The notes under the pieces: generated by a model
The model's input: only the letters and a program-made list of their open reading frames with translations
What the model was told of the DNA's origin: nothing
The model's database searches: none
Shown: positions 59,706 through 64,000 of the stretch, piece by piece
Numbering within the stretch: position 1 is the stretch's first letter
Layout of the letters: the number at the start of each line of letters is the position of its first letter
From: Treponemataceae bacterium
GTDB taxonomy: Bacteria > Spirochaetota > Spirochaetia > Treponematales > Rectinemataceae
Reading direction: 5' to 3'
DNA: 64,000 bases
Assembly (NCBI GenBank): GCA_963677895.2
Contig: CAXXGJ010000038.1
Coordinates: forward strand, 480,001 to 544,000
Position numbers and translations under genes: made by a program

Positions 59706-60998
59706 TCAATTCAATTTCGTTATGGTCCCGTCGCGGTAATACTCGTAGAGTTCGGCGATATCCGTTTCGTTCCCGCTCGTCACCACGACGAAGGTGCTCG
59801 CCGCGGGATGATAGGTATTCTCGTCGATCCAGGTGCCGCTGTTCACGTAATACTTCCCCTCGACGTTCGGCAGCTTCCTGAGCGAGGGATTGTGGGTGTG
59901 GCCGAACACCACGACGTCCACCTTCTGGTTCGCGTTCTCGAGATACTGCCTTTTCGCCTGCTTGAAGAAGTAGTCGCTGTCCAGCGCGCCAGCCACGCTC
60001 TCCGCGAAGGTGGCTTTCACCGCCACGAGGTTGTTTTCCTGGATCTTGTCCCATTCGCGCTGGTAGTTCTTGAAGAGCGTCGGCGCGCTGATGGTGCCGT
60101 CGGCCTGGACAACGGGGTAAACATCCTTGAGGGAGTATTTTCCGTTATAGCCATTGAACTTGATATCGATCACGCGATCCTCGAAACGTTCGTACGGAGT
60201 GATTCGGTTCATCTCGCCGGACCATATCCTGTAGTAGAGATAGGCGCCGAACTGGTCGGGATCGGTCTTGGGATCAGGTACCTTATCGATTTCCGGATAA
60301 TCCTTCTTGATCATCGGCTTGCCTTGCAGCACCCAGCTCGCGGCGATCCTCGCGTAGAAATAGCCCGGCGGGAGGATGGACGGCGCGTCGCCGGTGATAT
60401 CCTTGTTGGAAACGCTGTCGGGCGCCGAATAGACATCGTACCTATGCCCGTGCTCGATCACGATCTCGTTTCGGACTCCGGTATAGTGCTTTCCCATGCC
60501 GCGGGCATCCCTGGCCTGGTTTATACCCGGCAGGACCTGGGCGAGAATGTCGTTCTCAAGCGTCATGTCGTGGTTGCCGGGCACATAGGTCAGCTTGATG
60601 CCTTTCGCCATGAGGGCTTTGAGCTCGTCGAATACCGGCTGGTTGTTCTTCACCACCTGCCAATAGAACTTGCTCGAATCGCTGTAGGCGGGATAGGTCA
60701 GCGGCAGGTACCACTCGTCGAGGAAATCGCCCGCGATGACAAGTTCGCCGACGTCAGTCGTGTTCTCCAGGCGTTTCAGGAATTCGATGAACACCGCCCT
60801 GTTCTTGAGGTTTTCCGAATATTTATCGAGGATTCCCAGATGAATGTCGCTGACGACGACTACCTTGTCCTTTTTCGCTTCGGCGGTCGCCCACAACGGC
60901 GTCGAACTCAAAGAGGCGCCATTCGCCGCCGGCTGATCGAGCCCGAAGACCTGCAGCGCGATCGTGGCCATCATGAAGAGAACCAGCAATTTCTTCAT
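59706..60998 (-). CDS. Exported metallophosphoesterase
   Basis: Signal peptide; SDIH, GDFLD, GNHD, HGH, GHTH, NSGTW. Confidence 0.85.
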   Translation of the reverse strand: MKKLLVLFMMATIALQVFGLDQPAANGASLSSTPLWATAEAKKDKVVVVSDIHLGILDKYSENLKNRAVFIEFLKRLENTTDVGELVIAGDFLDEWYLPLTYPAYSDSSKFYWQVVKNNQPVFDELKALMAKGIKLTYVPGNHDMTLENDILAQVLPGINQARDARGMGKHYTGVRNEIVIEHGHRYDVYSAPDSVSNKDITGDAPSILPPGYFYARIAASWVLQGKPMIKKDYPEIDKVPDPKTDPDQFGAYLYYRIWSGEMNRITPYERFEDRVIDIKFNGYNGKYSLKDVYPVVQADGTISAPTLFKNYQREWDKIQENNLVAVKATFAESVAGALDSDYFFKQAKRQYLENANQKVDVVVFGHTHNPSLRKLPNVEGKYYVNSGTWIDENTYHPAASTFVVVTSGNETDIAELYEYYRDGTITKLN

Positions 60999-61056
60999 CT
61001 TCCTGCCTCGTTTTGATATTATTTTTACAAGCCCAATAGAGGATCGACGCGAAACT

Positions 61057-62616
61057 TCACTCCCACTCGATCGTGGCGGGCGGCTTGGAAGAGACGTCGT
61101 AGGCGACGCGCCCGACAGCCGGAACCTTGTTCGTGATGGCCGAGGAAATGGCGATGAGGTCCTTCGATTCGAAGGGATAGACGTCGGCCGTCATGCCGTC
61201 CTCGCTGACGACGGCCCTCAAGGCCACCACGTAGCCGTACTTGCGCTCATCGCCGGCCACGCCCACCGAGCGGATGGGCAGAAGCACGCAGAAGGCCTGC
61301 CAAATCTTGTCATAGAGTCCGCGCTCTTTCAGTTCGGAGATGAAGACCGCGTCGGCGTCGCGGAGGATGTCGCATTTTTCCTTCGTCACGTCGCCGAGGA
61401 TGCGCACGCCCAGGCCAGGACCCGGGAAGGGATGGCGGCCCACGACATGGGGAGGCAGGCCCAAAAGGCGGCCGAGGGCGCGGACTTCGTCCTTGTAGAG
61501 TCTGTCCAGCGGTTCGATGACCCGCCCTTCTTCCCGCTTCTTCTCGACCAAGGGGCTCCGCACGTTGTGATGGCTTTTAATCACCTGCGCCTTCTTCCCC
61601 ACGCCCTTGCCCGATTCGATGAGGTCGGTGTAGAGCGTCCCCTGGACAAGGAACGCCTCGGGGATGCCCAGCCTCGCCACCTCGCGCTCCTGGATGGTGA
61701 TGAAGAGATCGCCGATGATCCGGCGCTTCTTTTCGGGATCTCCCTCGCCGGCCAGCGCGCCCAGGAACTCGGTTTCGGCGTCGACCATGTGGAGGTGGCG
61801 CGCGCCGAGCGACGAAAGGTTCTTCATCACCTCGTCGCTCTCGGCCTTGCGCATGAGACCCGTATCGATATAGAGGAGATAGACTTGTCCGGGATCGAGG
61901 ACCTTGAGGAGGAAGGCTCCCGCCACGGTGGAATCCACGCCGCCCGAGATGAGGAGGAGGGCGGGCGCTTTCCCGACCTTGGCCCTGATCTTGTCGGCTT
62001 CGCGCTCCAGGTATGCCTGCATGGACCAGCCGCCGTCGGCTTCGCATATGCCCAGCACGAAATTGCCGAGGATCTTCTGGCCGAACTCGCAGTGGCTCAC
62101 CTCGGGATGGAACTGGACGCCCCAGCGCGGCAGCGTTCCGTGCGCTAAGGCCGCGGGGATGCCGCCCTCGGACTCGGCGATTATCCGCCAGCCCGGAGCC
62201 GCCTTCGCGATGGAGTCGCCGTGGCTCATCCAGGTGGAAAATTCACGGCCCACGCCGGCGAAGAGCGGATCGCGCGTCCCGCTTTCGAGGAGCGAAACGG
62301 GCTTCCTGCCGTATTCGCGCTCGGGCAGGCGCTCGACGGCGCCGCCCTGGTCGAGGGTCATCTTCTGGATGCCGTAGCAGATGCCGAGGATGGGCAGGCC
62401 GCTGGCGTAGAGGGATGCGTGGGGAAGGGGCGCTCCCGCCTCGTAGGCGCTGAAGGGCGAGCCGGAGAGGATGATGCCGACGCAGCTTTCGAGGGCGGCG
62501 GCATCCAGGGCCGAATCGCCCGGCAATATTTCCGAATAGACGCCCAGCTCCCTCACCCTTCGGCCGATGAGCTGCGTGTACTGGCTGCCGTAGTCGAGAA
62601 TCAGGATCTTATCCAC
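61057..62616 (-). CDS. guaA: GMP synthase (glutamine-hydrolyzing)
   Basis: DYGSQY, GICYG, HPEV, SGGVDS, KSHHNV, KPPATIEWE. Confidence 0.98.
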   Translation of the reverse strand: MDKILILDYGSQYTQLIGRRVRELGVYSEILPGDSALDAAALESCVGIILSGSPFSAYEAGAPLPHASLYASGLPILGICYGIQKMTLDQGGAVERLPEREYGRKPVSLLESGTRDPLFAGVGREFSTWMSHGDSIAKAAPGWRIIAESEGGIPAALAHGTLPRWGVQFHPEVSHCEFGQKILGNFVLGICEADGGWSMQAYLEREADKIRAKVGKAPALLLISGGVDSTVAGAFLLKVLDPGQVYLLYIDTGLMRKAESDEVMKNLSSLGARHLHMVDAETEFLGALAGEGDPEKKRRIIGDLFITIQEREVARLGIPEAFLVQGTLYTDLIESGKGVGKKAQVIKSHHNVRSPLVEKKREEGRVIEPLDRLYKDEVRALGRLLGLPPHVVGRHPFPGPGLGVRILGDVTKEKCDILRDADAVFISELKERGLYDKIWQAFCVLLPIRSVGVAGDERKYGYVVALRAVVSEDGMTADVYPFESKDLIAISSAITNKVPAVGRVAYDVSSKPPATIEWE

Positions 62617-63830
62617 GGGCTCTCCCTTATGATGGTCTGGTTCCGGTCCGATCCGACCGAGATGATGGACACCGGCGTTTCGGTGAATTCCTCGATGAAC
62701 TGGACGTATTCGCGCGCGCGCAGGGGAAGTTCGTCCCACTGGCGGCATTCGTCGATGCGCTCGTTCCAGCCGGGGAACTTCTTGAGTATGGGGGTGGCCG
62801 ATTCCAGGTCTTTTATCGAGGCGGGGAAGTCCTCCACCACTTTTCCGTTTATCTTGTAGGCGACGCAGGCCTCGAATTCGGGCAGGTTGTCGTATACGTC
62901 GAGGTGGGTCAGCACGAGCCGGTCGAGCGAGTTGACCATGCAGGCGTAGCGGAGCGCGACGAGATCGAGGTAGCCACAGCGGCGCGGCCTGCCCGTCGTG
63001 ACCCCGAATTCGTTGCCTGTCGTCCTGATGTAGTTCGAGAGGGAGCCGGGCGAATCGTCGGCGAATTCCGTCGGGAAGGGACCGTTGCCCACCCTGGTGG
63101 TATAGGCCTTGAACACGCCGAGAATCCTGTCGATGTCGCGGGGGCCTATGCCGCCCTGGGCGGCCGCGCCGGCGGCGCAGGACATGCCCGAGGAGACGAA
63201 AGGATAGGTGCCCGTATCGATGTCGAGGAGAGCGCCCTGGGCGCCTTCGAAGAGGGTCCAGGAATTCTTGTGGTGGTGGAGATAGGAACTGGCGGGGACG
63301 GACATGGGGAGGAGCTTGTCTCTCCACGCGTCCAGAAAGGCCCGGTCCTCGTCGGTCAGGTTGCGAAGGCGTTCCTCGTCGTCGAGGTCCGCCAGTCGGA
63401 CGCCGTCGCGCGAGGCCTTGAGGGAGTAGGCGATGCCGATTCCCCTGCCCGTCGTGCCTATGGGTTTCTTGCGCTGGCTGTCGATCTGCTTGTCCAGCTC
63501 CTTGTAGCGCGGCAGGACGATGTGGGCCCGGTCCGAGATGAGGACGCGGCCTTCCCAGTCGATGCCCTTGGCCTTGAGGCCGTCGAGTTCGATGAAGAGC
63601 GCCTCGGGGTCGATGACCATGCCGGAACCCAGGATGACGATCTTGTCCGAATAGAGGATTCCCGATGGCACGAGATGGAGGGCATAGCGCGTTCCGGAGA
63701 GAACGATCGTATGTCCCGCGTTGGCGCCGCCGGAAAAGCGCACGACGATTCCCGCCTCGTGGGCGAGATAATCGACGATTTTCCCCTTCCCTTCATCGCC
63801 CCATTGGGCGCCGATAATCACTACGTTCAT
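62601..63830 (-). CDS. purA: Adenylosuccinate synthetase
   Basis: QWGDEGKGK, NAGHT, EGAQG, GVTTGRPRRCG. Confidence 0.98.
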   Translation of the reverse strand: MNVVIIGAQWGDEGKGKIVDYLAHEAGIVVRFSGGANAGHTIVLSGTRYALHLVPSGILYSDKIVILGSGMVIDPEALFIELDGLKAKGIDWEGRVLISDRAHIVLPRYKELDKQIDSQRKKPIGTTGRGIGIAYSLKASRDGVRLADLDDEERLRNLTDEDRAFLDAWRDKLLPMSVPASSYLHHHKNSWTLFEGAQGALLDIDTGTYPFVSSGMSCAAGAAAQGGIGPRDIDRILGVFKAYTTRVGNGPFPTEFADDSPGSLSNYIRTTGNEFGVTTGRPRRCGYLDLVALRYACMVNSLDRLVLTHLDVYDNLPEFEACVAYKINGKVVEDFPASIKDLESATPILKKFPGWNERIDECRQWDELPLRAREYVQFIEEFTETPVSIISVGSDRNQTIIRESPWIRS

Positions 63831-63906
63831 TGTTCTCTCCTGTCGTGTCCGGGAAGTCTCAGGCAACCCGGGAATGTATGCGAGTCGGTGGAAACCATTC
63901 TGACGG

Positions 63907-64000
63907 TCAGCGTTTTTGCGCGAATACCCGGTAGTTGATTTCCGGGAACAGGTTGTTCTTCTTTTCCAGGGTCGTCAGCCATTCGGTGTCGACGGTGTTG
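63907..64000 (-). CDS. C-terminal end of a probable GH57 (DUF1957) glucan branching enzyme, truncated at window edge
   Basis: Reads NTVDTEWLTTLEKKNNLFPEINYRVFAQKR*, typical of GH57 branching enzyme C-termini. Confidence 0.6.
   Translation of the reverse strand, partial: NTVDTEWLTTLEKKNNLFPEINYRVFAQKR

Noticed and set aside
62617..63327. Apparent N-terminal extension of GuaA (756-aa ORF)
   Set aside because: Shadow frame over purA; GuaA starts at GTG 62616
63831..63906. Purine riboswitch upstream of purA-guaA
   Set aside because: Only 76 nt with one small hairpin; no purine or ZTP aptamer consensus
320..63938. Many long antisense or alternative-frame ORFs (e.g. 320-1870, 27453-29300, 54656-56482)
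   Set aside because: Expected shadows of high-GC coding sequence overlapping well-supported genes

Overview
GC-rich, gene-dense core chromosome segment of a spirochete. Gene orders rpsT-HU/hbb, murG-cvpA-holB-like-HK-sigma54 activator and mraZ...ftsZ-xerD-dprA-topA-xerC-hslVU point to Spirochaetales, possibly a Rectinema/Treponema-like lineage (inference). I see about 60 CDS and no rRNA, tRNA, CRISPR array, IS or prophage. Most notable: (1) hslU abuts fliA across 18 nt, where motile spirochetes carry the flgB-onward flagellar cluster; (2) a divergent sigma70-like gene has a correctly spaced -24/-12 sigma54 motif, with an Hk2/Rrp2-like system in the same window, suggesting a sigma cascade; (3) a candidate ~85-nt sRNA has two anti-SD (CCUCCU) motifs; (4) a 56-aa basic Zn-ribbon ORF is missing from the ORF track; (5) ftsA apparently starts at CTG; (6) pgi has two G-run frameshifts; (7) infC, rpmE and rho have structured leaders, and several genes look leaderless. 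All family calls come from motif recognition by eye, not database searches.
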